A stretch of DNA of 64,000 bases from positions 8,050 to 72,049 of the forward strand of contig CAKVGS010000005.1 of assembly GCA_934747335.1 (NCBI GenBank), in the 5' to 3' direction. This DNA comes from an uncultured Candidatus Melainabacteria bacterium (GTDB taxonomy: Bacteria > Cyanobacteriota > Vampirovibrionia > Gastranaerophilales > Gastranaerophilaceae). Numbering within the stretch: position 1 is the stretch's first letter; every line of letters starts with the position of its first letter. Under the pieces are notes generated by a model. It searched no databases and was not told where the DNA came from. It saw only the letters and a program-made list of their open reading frames with translations. The position numbers and the translations under genes were made by a program. This document shows positions 9,488-19,805 of the stretch, piece after piece.

Positions 9488-11128
9488 ATGTCAAAGATTA
9501 AGGATTTTGTATTAAAACATCAAGAATTGTTTACTATTCTTGGTTTAGGTATTCTATTTTATTTCATATTTTTCCATAACATTTGGGCCTATGCTTTAAT
9601 GGATGTAGATGAATCAAGATATGTTTCAATGTCAAAAGACATGTTCAATACAAAGGATTTTTTGACACTATATCTTAACAATGAATTTTTCTTTGAAAAG
9701 CCTCCTCTTTATTTTTGGGGAGAATGTTTGTCTTTTGCAATATTTGGCAAAATAACTGAATTTACGGCACGTTTTCCTGTTGCTTTGTATGGAACATTAT
9801 GCGGTTTCTTAACATATTTTGTGGGACGAAAAATTGTTTCAAGAACGTACGGTGTAGTATCAGCATTGATTCTATCTACATCTTTAGAATTTTTAATTCT
9901 TTCAAAATTCGCTATTCTTGATATCGTCGTTGCAACTTGCGTGTGGTTTTCATTATGTTTTGGAATGTTAACAACTTTTTGCGAAGAAAAAAATAAAAAA
10001 TATTTTTGGTGGTTATTCTACATTTTTTCAGGCTTAGCTGTTATGGCGAAAGGAATTCCAGGTTTTGTAGTGCCATTTGGTTCAATGTTCTTTATCTCAA
10101 TTTTTTCTAAAAAGTTTAAAGAAATCTTCAAACCTCAATATTTTTTAGTAGGTTTTGTTTTATTTTTCTTAATAACACTTCCTTGGCATATTATCATGCT
10201 AAAAATACATGACCCTTTATTTTTCCAAGAATATGTAATAAAACACCATATAGCAAGATTTTTAGGGTCAAATGAATTAGGTCGTCAACAACCTTTCTAT
10301 TTCTACTTTTTGACAATACTTTGGGGATTTTTCCCTTGGGTCGTATCAGGTTTAGTTGTGCTAATCAGAAAATGCATTAAACGCGATTTTGTATTTAAAG
10401 ATTTATCTGATACTCAAAGATTTTTAGTTTATAACGGAATAATTGCAGTATTTACGCTGTTATTCTTCTCTTCTTCAAAAACAAAATTAATTACGTATAT
10501 TTTACCGATTTATCCGTCACTAGCTTGTTTGGGCGGTTATATTTGGACTAAATATATTGAAAAAGGTGAGTACAGCAGATTTATTAATAAAACAGTATAC
10601 GTTTTGGGTGGAATATTTGTTTTGGCATCAATTGTTGCAATATTTACACCGTTGTTTTTACCAGCTCAATTTGTTCAAGATATAGCGAGTGCTAAACCAT
10701 TATGTATAACGCTTTTATTTGCGTCAGGTTTAGCTTCAATTTTATTTGCCAAACGCGGAAGATATTTAGGTGTATTTTTTACATACGTCTTACTTATGCT
10801 TGTATTATCAGCATTTGGAACAGAAAAATTCTTTAAAATTGATTATAAATTTGGACAAGACGATTTGTTAAAATACGCACAAATTGCAAAAAATGAAAAT
10901 AAAACTCTTACTTGTTACAGATTTTCTCATAAGTATTCATTGATTTATTATGGCGGAAAACCTGTCGAATACGGCAAGGACTTCACACCTGCCGATTTAA
11001 AAACAGCATTAGATAAAACTGATAACCTTGTAATTATTCCTCATAAAGCCATTGATGAAGAGGTTGAAAGTCTTGATTATAATGTAATAGAGGATGGCAG
11101 GAAGTATATATTGGTTGAGAGAAAATAG
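9488..11128 (+). CDS. ArnT/PMT-like (GT39/GT83) membrane glycosyltransferase
   Basis: Multi-TM protein with the N-terminal loop DESRY...EKPPLYFW typical of ArnT/dolichyl-phosphate-mannose transferase-like enzymes. Confidence 0.7.
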   Translation: MSKIKDFVLKHQELFTILGLGILFYFIFFHNIWAYALMDVDESRYVSMSKDMFNTKDFLTLYLNNEFFFEKPPLYFWGECLSFAIFGKITEFTARFPVALYGTLCGFLTYFVGRKIVSRTYGVVSALILSTSLEFLILSKFAILDIVVATCVWFSLCFGMLTTFCEEKNKKYFWWLFYIFSGLAVMAKGIPGFVVPFGSMFFISIFSKKFKEIFKPQYFLVGFVLFFLITLPWHIIMLKIHDPLFFQEYVIKHHIARFLGSNELGRQQPFYFYFLTILWGFFPWVVSGLVVLIRKCIKRDFVFKDLSDTQRFLVYNGIIAVFTLLFFSSSKTKLITYILPIYPSLACLGGYIWTKYIEKGEYSRFINKTVYVLGGIFVLASIVAIFTPLFLPAQFVQDIASAKPLCITLLFASGLASILFAKRGRYLGVFFTYVLLMLVLSAFGTEKFFKIDYKFGQDDLLKYAQIAKNENKTLTCYRFSHKYSLIYYGGKPVEYGKDFTPADLKTALDKTDNLVIIPHKAIDEEVESLDYNVIEDGRKYILVERK

Positions 11129-11172
11129 ATACCTCACCAAATAAAATGGATTGCCACGAAAATTAAAATTTT

Positions 11173-11245
11173 CTCGCAATGACACCCAACTTGTAACTAA
11201 CACATCAAGTCATTGCGAGGAGCGTTAGCAACGAAGCAATCTACA
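11173..11245. repeat. GC-rich palindromic element upstream of waaA
   Basis: ctcgcaatgac (11173-11183) pairs with gtcattgcgag (11209-11219), followed by gagcgttagcaacgaagcaatc. Confidence 0.7.
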
Positions 11246-11263
11246 CTACAATGAAGGATAAAC

Positions 11264-12493
11264 ATGAACATAGTTAACATAACAAGCGAATTAATATTCA
11301 GACTTATAAAACCGCTATTAAAGTTGTTACACTCAAAAGCAGGATATTCTGCCGAAGCTTTTAATCGAAAACTCGGAGATTTTGAAGCACCAAATTTTAC
11401 AAATGAGCGTGTAATAATGTTCCATGGAGTTTCGGTTGGCGAAATTAATGCAATAGAAAAATTAATTAAAACTACAAGAGAAACTTTTCCTAACGCTAAA
11501 ATAGTTGTAACAACAGGAACGAACACTGGTCAAGAAATCGCTCATAAAAAACTTGATAGTGTTGCGGATTTGATTACGTATTTTCCTTTCGATACTCCAA
11601 GTTGCGTGAATAAGTTTTTAGAAAAAATCAAACCGACTGAAATTTTGATGGCAGAAACTGAAATTTGGCCTAATTTTGGCGGAATTTGTAAAAAACGCGA
11701 AATAAAATTATATATTATTAACGGACGAATTTCAGATAGAACTTTTAATTCTTATAAAAAATTAAAATTCTTTTTTAAACCCCTCTTACAAAACTATACA
11801 GGCATTTTTACGCAGTCAACGGAGGACTTAAATAAGTTTTTATCACTCGGTGCAAATGCTGAAACTACAAAGCGCATGAACAATTTAAAATTTGATATTA
11901 CGGCTCCGAATGTAGATTTCGATTTTGAAAAAGGCGGGCGAATATTTTTAGCAGCTTCTACACATTCAGGTGAAGATAAAATTGTATTTGATACTTTTAA
12001 AAAGTTAAAGCCAAAACATGCTGATTTGAAATTTATTATAGCTCCAAGACATTTAACAAGATTAGACGAAGTAAAATCAATTGTTAAGGAGTATTGTTTG
12101 CGTTCCGAAAACGGAAGTTTAAATCAACATGATGTAATGATATTAGACACTATGGGTGAACTCGGAAAAATGTTTGCTTTTGCGGATGTAGCATTTATTG
12201 GCGGAAGCTTCAATAAAACAGGCGGTCACAATCCTCTTGAAGCTACAATTTTTGGCAAACCTGTTATTTCAGGGCCTTCCATAAATAATTTTAAAGACAT
12301 TTATGCAATTATTCAAAACGCAAAAGCTGGTTTTGTTGTAAAAACTGAAGATGAATTATTTAATATTGCCGATGAATTGTTTAGCGACAGTGCTTTTTAT
12401 CAGACAACAGCTCTAGCAGGCAGAAAAGTTTTTGAGGAGCAACAAGGTGCTTTAGAGTTTGTAATAAATGTTTTAAAAGAAAATCACAATTAA
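11264..12493 (+). CDS. waaA: 3-deoxy-D-manno-octulosonic acid (Kdo) transferase
   Basis: FHGVSVGEINA motif, GT-B C-terminal half with GGSF...GGHNPLE. Confidence 0.85.
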   Translation: MNIVNITSELIFRLIKPLLKLLHSKAGYSAEAFNRKLGDFEAPNFTNERVIMFHGVSVGEINAIEKLIKTTRETFPNAKIVVTTGTNTGQEIAHKKLDSVADLITYFPFDTPSCVNKFLEKIKPTEILMAETEIWPNFGGICKKREIKLYIINGRISDRTFNSYKKLKFFFKPLLQNYTGIFTQSTEDLNKFLSLGANAETTKRMNNLKFDITAPNVDFDFEKGGRIFLAASTHSGEDKIVFDTFKKLKPKHADLKFIIAPRHLTRLDEVKSIVKEYCLRSENGSLNQHDVMILDTMGELGKMFAFADVAFIGGSFNKTGGHNPLEATIFGKPVISGPSINNFKDIYAIIQNAKAGFVVKTEDELFNIADELFSDSAFYQTTALAGRKVFEEQQGALEFVINVLKENHN

Positions 12494-12539
12494 TATAATT
12501 TTTACAAACCTTAATACGTCCTTGTGCTAAATTATAGTT

Positions 12540-15500
12540 ATGGCAAATTTTATACCTTTACATATTCACTCTGAGTATTCGCTATTAGATGGAATGATTA
12601 GAGTTGGCGACTTGGTTAAGTACGCTCAAGAGAATAATCTTCCTGCTATTGCAATCACAGACCACGGTGTAATGTATTCCGCGGTTGAATTTTATGAACT
12701 TGCAGAGCACGCAGGAATAAATCCGCTTATAGGTTGTGAATTTTATGTAAATACAGGTGATATTCATGTAAAAGATAGTGCCAATAATCCTTTATATCAC
12801 TTAATTTTAATTGCAAAAGATAATAAGGGTTATAAAAATCTTATTAAATTAGTTTCAACGGCTTGGTGCGAAGGCTTCTATTATAAACCTCGTATAAATT
12901 TTGAGTTATTAAAAGAGTATCATGAAGGTTTGATTTGTGCGTCTGCTTGTTTAGGTGGCGAAGTTTTGCAGCACCTACTTAAAAACGAATATGACCAAGC
13001 TAAAGAAGTTGCAAAGCGTTATCAGGATTTGTTTGGAGATGATTATTATATCGAGCTTCAAGACCACAATATGGAAGAGCAAAAACGCACTAATCCTGAC
13101 TTGATGAAGATTGCCAAAGAACTTGGTATTAAAATAATTATCACAAACGACTCACACTATTTGAGAAAAGAGGATGCGGACGCACAGGATACTTTATTAT
13201 GCCTTCAAACTAACGCGAATAAAGATGACGAAAAGCGTTTTCATTTCCCGAATAATGAGTTTTATGTTAAATCAAAAGAAGAAATGCGACAAGCGTTTTC
13301 TTGGATGGACGACGCGACTTTTGAAGAATGTTGTGCGAATACAGAAGAAGTTGCAAATAAATGTAATGTAGAAATTGAACTTCACAATGCACCACTTCCG
13401 CATTACGATGTTCCGGAAGAATTTATATTCACTTCTGACGATGTTGATCCGAAAATCATTGAACGATTAAAGAAAAAAAACAAAACCGAGAATACAGCCG
13501 ATGTTATGGAAGAAGCTAAGTATATTCAAGGAATTGAAAACTACTTAGAACACATTGTGTTTGAGGGTTTGAAGAAGCGATACGGCGATCCTCCACCTGA
13601 AGATATTATTAAACGTGCTAAATATGAATTGGGCGTAATCAATCACATGGGCTTCCCTGCATACTTTATGATTACGTGGGACTTTATTCACTTTGCAAAA
13701 ACTCATGATATTCCAGTTGGTCCCGGTAGAGGTTCGGCTGCTGGTTCTGTTGTCGCGTATGCCTTAGAAATTACGGATATTGACCCGATTTATCACAAAC
13801 TGTTGTTTGAAAGATTTTTGAATCCTGAACGTTTTACCATGCCCGATATTGATATCGACTTTTGTATCGAAAAACGTGGTGATGTTATTGATTATGTTAC
13901 AAAAAAATATGGTGAAGATAAGGTTTGTCAGATTATTACATTTTCTACTTATGCGCCAAAAGCAGCTTTTAAAGGTGTAGGACGTGTTCTACAAGTTCCT
14001 TTTGCCGAAAGTAACAGAATTACAGGTTTGATTGAACCGGCTCTTGATGTTGCAAGAGCATCTAATCCGAAAGCAGAGTGGCTTAGAGATATAGTTGCAG
14101 CTGAAGGCACATCCGATTTTAAACAGCTTTATGATGAAGATTATCAAATCATGAACCCTGAGAGTGGTAAAACAATCAGTTTTAAACGCTGGGTTGATAT
14201 GGCAATTGCAATTGAAGGTTTGAAATGCGGAACAGGTACTCACGCAGCTGGTGTAATTATTTCTCACGCGCCTTTGGATACGATTTTGCCAGTACAACCT
14301 TCTAAAGACGGCATTGTTCAAACAGGTTATCCTAAACACGAAGCAACAGAAGTTTTAGACCTTCTTAAAATGGACTTTTTGGGATTAAGAAACTTAACCA
14401 TGATTACAAAAACTTGTAAAATGGTTAAAAAATATCGTGGAATTGATGTTGACATTAACAATATTCCTCTTGATGATAAACCTACCTATGAAATGCTTGT
14501 ACGCGGTGAAACAATAGGTGTATTCCAGTTAGAATCACAAGGTATGATGAACCTTGTTAAACGTCTTAAACCTGACGTTTTTGAAGATTTAGGCGCGTTG
14601 GTTGCGTTATTTAGACCGGGTCCTTTGGGTTCCGGCATGGTTGATGATTTCGTAGCCAGAAAACACGGTAAACAAGAGATTACTTACGCACATCCGCTTC
14701 TTGAGCCTGTGCTTAAAGATACTTATGGAACAATTGTTTACCAAGAACAAATCATGCAGGTTTTCCAAGTTTTAGCAGACTATTCACTTGGTCAAGCCGA
14801 CCAAGTCCGTCGTATGATGGGTAAAAAAGACCTTAAAACAATGGAAGAACAAAGAGGTAAGTTTATTGCCGCTTCTGCTAAGCACGATATGAAAAAAGAG
14901 GATGCAGAAAAACTCTTTAACCAAATTTTAGCATTCGCTTCATATTGTTTCAACAGGTCGCACTCAGCAGCTTACGCGTTTGTAGCTTATCAAACAGCGT
15001 ATTTAAAAACGCATTACCCTGTTGAATATTTTTCAGCCTTACTATCAAGTGTAGCCGATAATAAAGACCAAACGCAGCTTTATATTGAAGAAGCTCAAAG
15101 ACTTGGCAGTAAAGTTTTAGCGCCTGATATTAATAAATCATATTTAGAATACGCACCTGACGGTGACAATATTCGTTTCGGGATGGCTGCGATTAAAGGT
15201 GTTGGCGCACCTGTTGTTGAAGCAATTATAAAAGAGCGTGAAGAAAATGGCGACTTCAAAAATATTTTTGATTTCTGCAAACGCGTAGACGCTAAATATG
15301 TAAACAAAAAGTCTTTAGAAGGTTTGATTAAAGCCGGCGCATTTTCTAATATTGAAAAAAGCAGGAAACAGCTTTTTGAAAACATGGAACATATTTTAGA
15401 TGTAACCTCAAAAGAAGCTAAAGATAAAGCAATGGGACAAGTTAGTCTGTTTTCGGCTTTAGGTGGTGATAATGAGTTTGAAAACGTACAGTATCAGCTT

Positions 15501-16178
15501 ATCGGAAGTGATGCTGAATATACTGATAAAGAAATTCAGCAGTTTGAAAAAGAATTTTTAGGTTTTTATGTAACCTCACATCCACTATTTTCAATACGCG
15601 ACAAATTGCCATTTTTGATGACTCATAGAGTGGCGGAACTTAAGGAACTAAAAGAAGAGGAAGTTGTAACGCTTTGCGGTTTAATTACTGCCACAAGACA
15701 AATCCCTACTAAAAAAGATCCTTCAAAATTCTTGAGATTTATAACACTTGAAGATTTAACGGGAAAAGTTGATTGCGTATGTTTCCACAAAAAACTTATG
15801 GAATTCGGAGAACTGCTTGTACAAGATAACAAAGTTGTTATAACAGGTAAAGTGCAACATCGTGGAGATGAAGGCGCAGTAAGCATTCTTATTGACAACG
15901 TTAAATCTGTTGAGAATTCAAACATTGTGACTTTAGAACTTAAACGCGATGTTAAATATGAAGAACTTTGCGGAATAAAAAACATTTTAGCAAAACACCA
16001 TGGTGATGATCCTGTAATGTTTAAAATGCCACCTGTTGACGGATACAGCACAAAAATATTAACAGCACCAATATTTTGGGTAAGTTCAACAAACGATTTA
16101 GTAAGTCACATGCAACAAGTATTTCCGAATACAATGAACGTGACAATTCGTTCGTTAGACCAGCCGTTGGAAGTTTAA
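12540..16178 (+). CDS. dnaE: DNA polymerase III subunit alpha
   Basis: PHP N-terminus LHIHSEYSLLDG, GPGRGSAAGS, PDIDIDF, 1212 aa with C-terminal OB region. Confidence 0.97.
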   Translation: MANFIPLHIHSEYSLLDGMIRVGDLVKYAQENNLPAIAITDHGVMYSAVEFYELAEHAGINPLIGCEFYVNTGDIHVKDSANNPLYHLILIAKDNKGYKNLIKLVSTAWCEGFYYKPRINFELLKEYHEGLICASACLGGEVLQHLLKNEYDQAKEVAKRYQDLFGDDYYIELQDHNMEEQKRTNPDLMKIAKELGIKIIITNDSHYLRKEDADAQDTLLCLQTNANKDDEKRFHFPNNEFYVKSKEEMRQAFSWMDDATFEECCANTEEVANKCNVEIELHNAPLPHYDVPEEFIFTSDDVDPKIIERLKKKNKTENTADVMEEAKYIQGIENYLEHIVFEGLKKRYGDPPPEDIIKRAKYELGVINHMGFPAYFMITWDFIHFAKTHDIPVGPGRGSAAGSVVAYALEITDIDPIYHKLLFERFLNPERFTMPDIDIDFCIEKRGDVIDYVTKKYGEDKVCQIITFSTYAPKAAFKGVGRVLQVPFAESNRITGLIEPALDVARASNPKAEWLRDIVAAEGTSDFKQLYDEDYQIMNPESGKTISFKRWVDMAIAIEGLKCGTGTHAAGVIISHAPLDTILPVQPSKDGIVQTGYPKHEATEVLDLLKMDFLGLRNLTMITKTCKMVKKYRGIDVDINNIPLDDKPTYEMLVRGETIGVFQLESQGMMNLVKRLKPDVFEDLGALVALFRPGPLGSGMVDDFVARKHGKQEITYAHPLLEPVLKDTYGTIVYQEQIMQVFQVLADYSLGQADQVRRMMGKKDLKTMEEQRGKFIAASAKHDMKKEDAEKLFNQILAFASYCFNRSHSAAYAFVAYQTAYLKTHYPVEYFSALLSSVADNKDQTQLYIEEAQRLGSKVLAPDINKSYLEYAPDGDNIRFGMAAIKGVGAPVVEAIIKEREENGDFKNIFDFCKRVDAKYVNKKSLEGLIKAGAFSNIEKSRKQLFENMEHILDVTSKEAKDKAMGQVSLFSALGGDNEFENVQYQLIGSDAEYTDKEIQQFEKEFLGFYVTSHPLFSIRDKLPFLMTHRVAELKELKEEEVVTLCGLITATRQIPTKKDPSKFLRFITLEDLTGKVDCVCFHKKLMEFGELLVQDNKVVITGKVQHRGDEGAVSILIDNVKSVENSNIVTLELKRDVKYEELCGIKNILAKHHGDDPVMFKMPPVDGYSTKILTAPIFWVSSTNDLVSHMQQVFPNTMNVTIRSLDQPLEV

Positions 16179-16189
16179 ATTTAGATATT

Positions 16190-16840
16190 TTAAATATAAA
16201 GTTTAGCAAAGTCCAAATCACTTTTAATTGTGATTTTAATATTCGTATAACTGCCATTAACGATATAAACTGGAATATTCAATTCTTCAAGCATAGAGCA
16301 ATCATCCGTGAAATTACCGTCTTTCAATTTTTCATGGGCATCTTTTATTATTGAAGTCTTAAACGCCTGCGGAGTCTGTGTATTATACAATTTTGAGCGA
16401 TCAATTGTGCGAATAATTCTGCCTGTTGAATCAACTTCTTTAATTGTATCAGTAGTTTTTGTCATAACAGTTACGGCATCTTTATCCAAGACGGCTTCTA
16501 AAACGTAAGCAATTGTGTCTTTTCTGATTAGCGGACGAGCTCCATCGTGAATTAAAACATAGTCATTTTTTACAACCTGCAAAGCATTATAAACGGACTT
16601 TTGCCTTGTATTCCCGCCTTCAATAATTTTAACTTTCGGATTATTCAATAATTGCTGTAATATTTCGATTATTGAACGGTTTGCAGAAATTATTATTTCA
16701 TCAATTTCATCAAAATCAATAAACTTTGATACAGTTTCTTCAATAACTGTTTTTTCGTTAATTTTTTCTAATAATTTGTTTGTATTGCCATAACGCGAAG
16801 ATGTTCCGCCAGCTGTTATTATAAGTGAAAAATTTCTCAT
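16190..16840 (-). CDS. ispD: 2-C-methyl-D-erythritol 4-phosphate cytidylyltransferase
   Basis: AGGTSSRYG, IHDGARP, TQTPQAF motifs. Confidence 0.9.
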   Translation of the reverse strand: MRNFSLIITAGGTSSRYGNTNKLLEKINEKTVIEETVSKFIDFDEIDEIIISANRSIIEILQQLLNNPKVKIIEGGNTRQKSVYNALQVVKNDYVLIHDGARPLIRKDTIAYVLEAVLDKDAVTVMTKTTDTIKEVDSTGRIIRTIDRSKLYNTQTPQAFKTSIIKDAHEKLKDGNFTDDCSMLEELNIPVYIVNGSYTNIKITIKSDLDFAKLYI

Positions 16841-17703
16841 GCTTCCTCTTTCCCAAAATGGTTATATAAACCTAATTCATCATAACTATAATACTTTTTA
16901 TTACCAACTTTTAAAATATAATCTTGTTTTTCAACTACCTTGCCGATTATTTCATATTCGGTAAGTTTTTTCAAAAATTCTCTTGGAACAGTTGCTACAA
17001 GTTTATAATCTTCTGCTCCGAAAATTCCTTCTACAAATTTTGAATCAATCGAAACATTGCTTGAGCTTGCAATTTGGAACAAAGCATCAGCTAAGCCGTC
17101 TGACGTGTCCATCATTGCATATTCCGAGTTAATTTGAGTCGCAATCTCATTTGCAAAATTTTCTTCTAATTGCGGTTCCAAATGCGCTCTAATAAGTTCA
17201 GAATCATTTCCGCCATTCATTAATTCTTTTAATCCCAATGAGCTTTTTCCAAACTCACCTTTTGTAATAACAACATCACCGACATGTGCATTACTTCTTG
17301 ACGAAATTTTGCGTCCACTAGTTGTACCGATTGCCGTAATTGAAATATAGATTTTATCCGCACCTGTAATATCGCCACCAATGATTTTAGCGCCTCTTAA
17401 AGCTGAATTTGCACCTTTGTAAAATTCTTCTATAAAACATTCTTCTATGTTTGAAGGAAGAGATAGCGCGATGGTTAGATATTTAGGTTCAGCACCGGAT
17501 GCTAACACATCGCTAATATTAACTGTAACAGCCTTATATCCTAATTGAAACGGCGTGCACCAATTCAGTTTAAAATGAACATCTTCGACAAGACTATCTT
17601 GTGTTATAACAATCCCTAAGTCTTTTAGAAACGCACAATCGTCACCTATATATTCAGTGCCGATTTGTTTTTTTATAATATTTATAAAATCTTGTTCTTT
17701 CAT
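16837..17703 (-). CDS. thiL: thiamine-monophosphate kinase
   Basis: GDDCAF N-terminal motif, AIR-synthase-like fold signatures (GGDIT, DTSDGL). Confidence 0.85.
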   Translation of the reverse strand: MKEQDFINIIKKQIGTEYIGDDCAFLKDLGIVITQDSLVEDVHFKLNWCTPFQLGYKAVTVNISDVLASGAEPKYLTIALSLPSNIEECFIEEFYKGANSALRGAKIIGGDITGADKIYISITAIGTTSGRKISSRSNAHVGDVVITKGEFGKSSLGLKELMNGGNDSELIRAHLEPQLEENFANEIATQINSEYAMMDTSDGLADALFQIASSSNVSIDSKFVEGIFGAEDYKLVATVPREFLKKLTEYEIIGKVVEKQDYILKVGNKKYYSYDELGLYNHFGKEEA

Positions 17704-17742
17704 ACAATTTATGAGTTTAGCGAATTAAATGAATTCATTGCT

Positions 17743-17780
17743 TTAAAAAAAAGGGTGAAATTTAAATTTCACCCTTTTTC
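17743..17780 (-). terminator. intrinsic terminator after lysS
   Basis: aagggtgaaat ttaa atttcaccctt, with an 8-nt T run on the minus strand. Confidence 0.8.
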
Positions 17781-17785
17781 ATAAA

Positions 17786-19321
17786 CTAATTTTCCAATTT
17801 CTTTAAAGTAGGGAACGCAATTACGTCACGAATTGTAGGAGAATTAGTTAATAACATTACTAATCTGTCAATTCCCATTCCCATACCGCCAGTTGGTGCT
17901 AAACCGTATTCAAGAGCGTTGATGTAATCTTCATCATAAGACATTGCTTCTTCATCACCGTTAGCTTTTGCTAAAGCTTGAGCTTCAAATCTATGTCTTT
18001 GGTCGATTGGATCAGTTAATTCTGAAAATGCGTTTGCAATTTCCCAACCGTTAACTCTGGTTTCGAAACGTTCTGTCAATCTGTCATTATCTCTATGAAC
18101 TTTTGCCAAAGGTGAAATTTCACGAGGATAATCAATAATGTGGCAAGGTTGAATTAGAGTTGGCTCAACTGTTGCTTCAAATACAGCTTCAACAATTTGT
18201 CCCCAATTCATTTCTTCATCTACTTCGATATGCAAAGCTTTCGCTTTCTCATAAGCTTCTTTCGCAGTAAAGAATTCGCCGAAATCAATTCCGGTAAATT
18301 CCTTAATAGAACCTAACATAGTTTTTCTATCCCAAGGTGGAGTTAAATCGATTTCGTTTTCACCGTATTGAATTTTCATTGTTCCTAAAACTTCTTGAGC
18401 AACGTAAGCTACAAGATTTTCAGTCAATACCATCATTTCGTTATAATCTACATAAGATTGGTAAAGCTCAATCATTGTAAATTCAGGATTGTGACGCGTA
18501 TCAATGCCTTCGTTACGGAAACATCTTGAAAGTTCAAAGATTTTTTCGCTTAAACCGCCAACCATTAATCTTTTCAAGTGAAGTTCAGGTGCGATTCTTA
18601 AAGTTAAATCCATATCCAAAGCATTGTGGTGAGTGATAAACGGTCTTGCGTTTGCACCTGATGCTTGAGTGTGCAACATTGGAGTTTCAACTTCGATAAA
18701 TCCTTGTTTTGTCAAGTATTCTCTAACTTTTTGAATAATTAAACTTCTTTTTCTGAACGTATCTCTGGTTTTTTCGTTCATAATCAAGTCAACATATCTT
18801 TGACGATACTTAGTTTCAGTATCGTTCATGTTGTGATAAGCCTTCAATTGTTCCAACTTTTCTTCGCTAATTTGTTTGTTAGGAAGCGGAAGAAGTGATT
18901 TTGAAAGCATTTTGAATGATTTAGCCTTGATAGAAAGTTCTCCACGCGGTGTTCTTCTGATTGAACCGTAAAAACCTAAAATGTCACCAATATCAACTAA
19001 TTTCAAGGTCTTAACCATTTCAGGATCCATGTTTTCTTTGTGTGAGAATATTTGGATTTTGCCTGTTGCATCCATCAAGTCAATAAACATGCCTGAATTT
19101 CTAATTGCCATTACACGACCTGCTACTGAATAGAAATCTTCTGTTTCTTCACCTGCCTGTAAATCTTTATATTTTGTTTGCAAATAAGCTGCGTCAGCAT
19201 CTTTGTCAAATGCATAAGGATATGGATTAATCCCTTTATCAGCAAGTTCAGCAAGTTTTTGAATCCTTGTCTGTCTTATAGTTTCTTTCGCCGAAATAGG
19301 CTCTTTTGTTTGTTGTGTCAT
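17786..19321 (-). CDS. lysS: lysine--tRNA ligase (class II)
   Basis: OB N-domain, class II motifs FRNEGIDTRHNPEFT and GMGMGIDRL. Confidence 0.95.
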   Translation of the reverse strand: MTQQTKEPISAKETIRQTRIQKLAELADKGINPYPYAFDKDADAAYLQTKYKDLQAGEETEDFYSVAGRVMAIRNSGMFIDLMDATGKIQIFSHKENMDPEMVKTLKLVDIGDILGFYGSIRRTPRGELSIKAKSFKMLSKSLLPLPNKQISEEKLEQLKAYHNMNDTETKYRQRYVDLIMNEKTRDTFRKRSLIIQKVREYLTKQGFIEVETPMLHTQASGANARPFITHHNALDMDLTLRIAPELHLKRLMVGGLSEKIFELSRCFRNEGIDTRHNPEFTMIELYQSYVDYNEMMVLTENLVAYVAQEVLGTMKIQYGENEIDLTPPWDRKTMLGSIKEFTGIDFGEFFTAKEAYEKAKALHIEVDEEMNWGQIVEAVFEATVEPTLIQPCHIIDYPREISPLAKVHRDNDRLTERFETRVNGWEIANAFSELTDPIDQRHRFEAQALAKANGDEEAMSYDEDYINALEYGLAPTGGMGMGIDRLVMLLTNSPTIRDVIAFPTLKKLEN

Positions 19322-19393
19322 TTTATTTTCCTCTTTTAAGAATACTCTAATAAAATTCTACCATAAAATATTTTTGTGTCATAATAAAAGAAT

Positions 19394-19669
19394 ATGAAAG
19401 TTTTACCTATAAAACAAGAAATACATACCGCAAAAAACAGAGTAAAATCAGGCGCAAAATATGTAGAACATAAAGTCGGTGGTGTTGTTCCACAAAAACT
19501 TAAAAATACATATAAAGAAAAAATGCCTAAAAAAATTACTTGGGATAATTTTCCTGCAGTGGTAGGTTTTTTAGGCTTATTTACACCTATTCCTGGCGCA
19601 AGTGTAGCATTATACGGAATAGCAAAAGCTATCCAAGTGGCTAGAAAGAAATTTCTTCACAAACCTTAA
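19394..19669 (+). CDS. small hypothetical protein with one C-terminal hydrophobic segment
   Basis: 91-aa ORF, basic, segment AVVGFLGLFTPIPGASVALYGIA. Confidence 0.45.
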   Translation: MKVLPIKQEIHTAKNRVKSGAKYVEHKVGGVVPQKLKNTYKEKMPKKITWDNFPAVVGFLGLFTPIPGASVALYGIAKAIQVARKKFLHKP

Positions 19670-19677
19670 TATTAAGA

Positions 19678-19706
19678 TTTACAAATGCATAAATATTTGA
19701 TATACT
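19678..19706 (+). promoter_or_regulatory. sigma-70-like promoter upstream of rimP
   Basis: TTTACA - 17 nt - TATACT. Confidence 0.5.
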
Positions 19707-19728
19707 CAAAATGTAAATAGTTTCTTAG

Positions 19729-19761
19729 AAAAAGAACGGTACAATTCCCGTTCTTTTTTTA
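19729..19761 (+). terminator. intrinsic terminator-like hairpin in the rimP leader (or terminator of the small upstream ORF)
   Basis: aaaagaacgg tacaattc ccgttct followed by a T run. Confidence 0.55.
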
Positions 19762-19805
19762 TTAGGAGAATAAAAAATATTCTCAAAACAAAAGGAAGGA
19801 GTGTT

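Noticed and set aside
12585-16257. Antisense or alternative-frame ORFs inside dnaE (12585-12767, 13174-13371, 13989-14339, 15095-15385, 15623-16051, 16021-16257, 16076-16354) and similar ORFs inside other long genes
   Set aside because: They are fully embedded in strongly supported genes, have low-complexity or odd composition and lack RBSs. These are typical shadow ORFs of an AT-rich genome.
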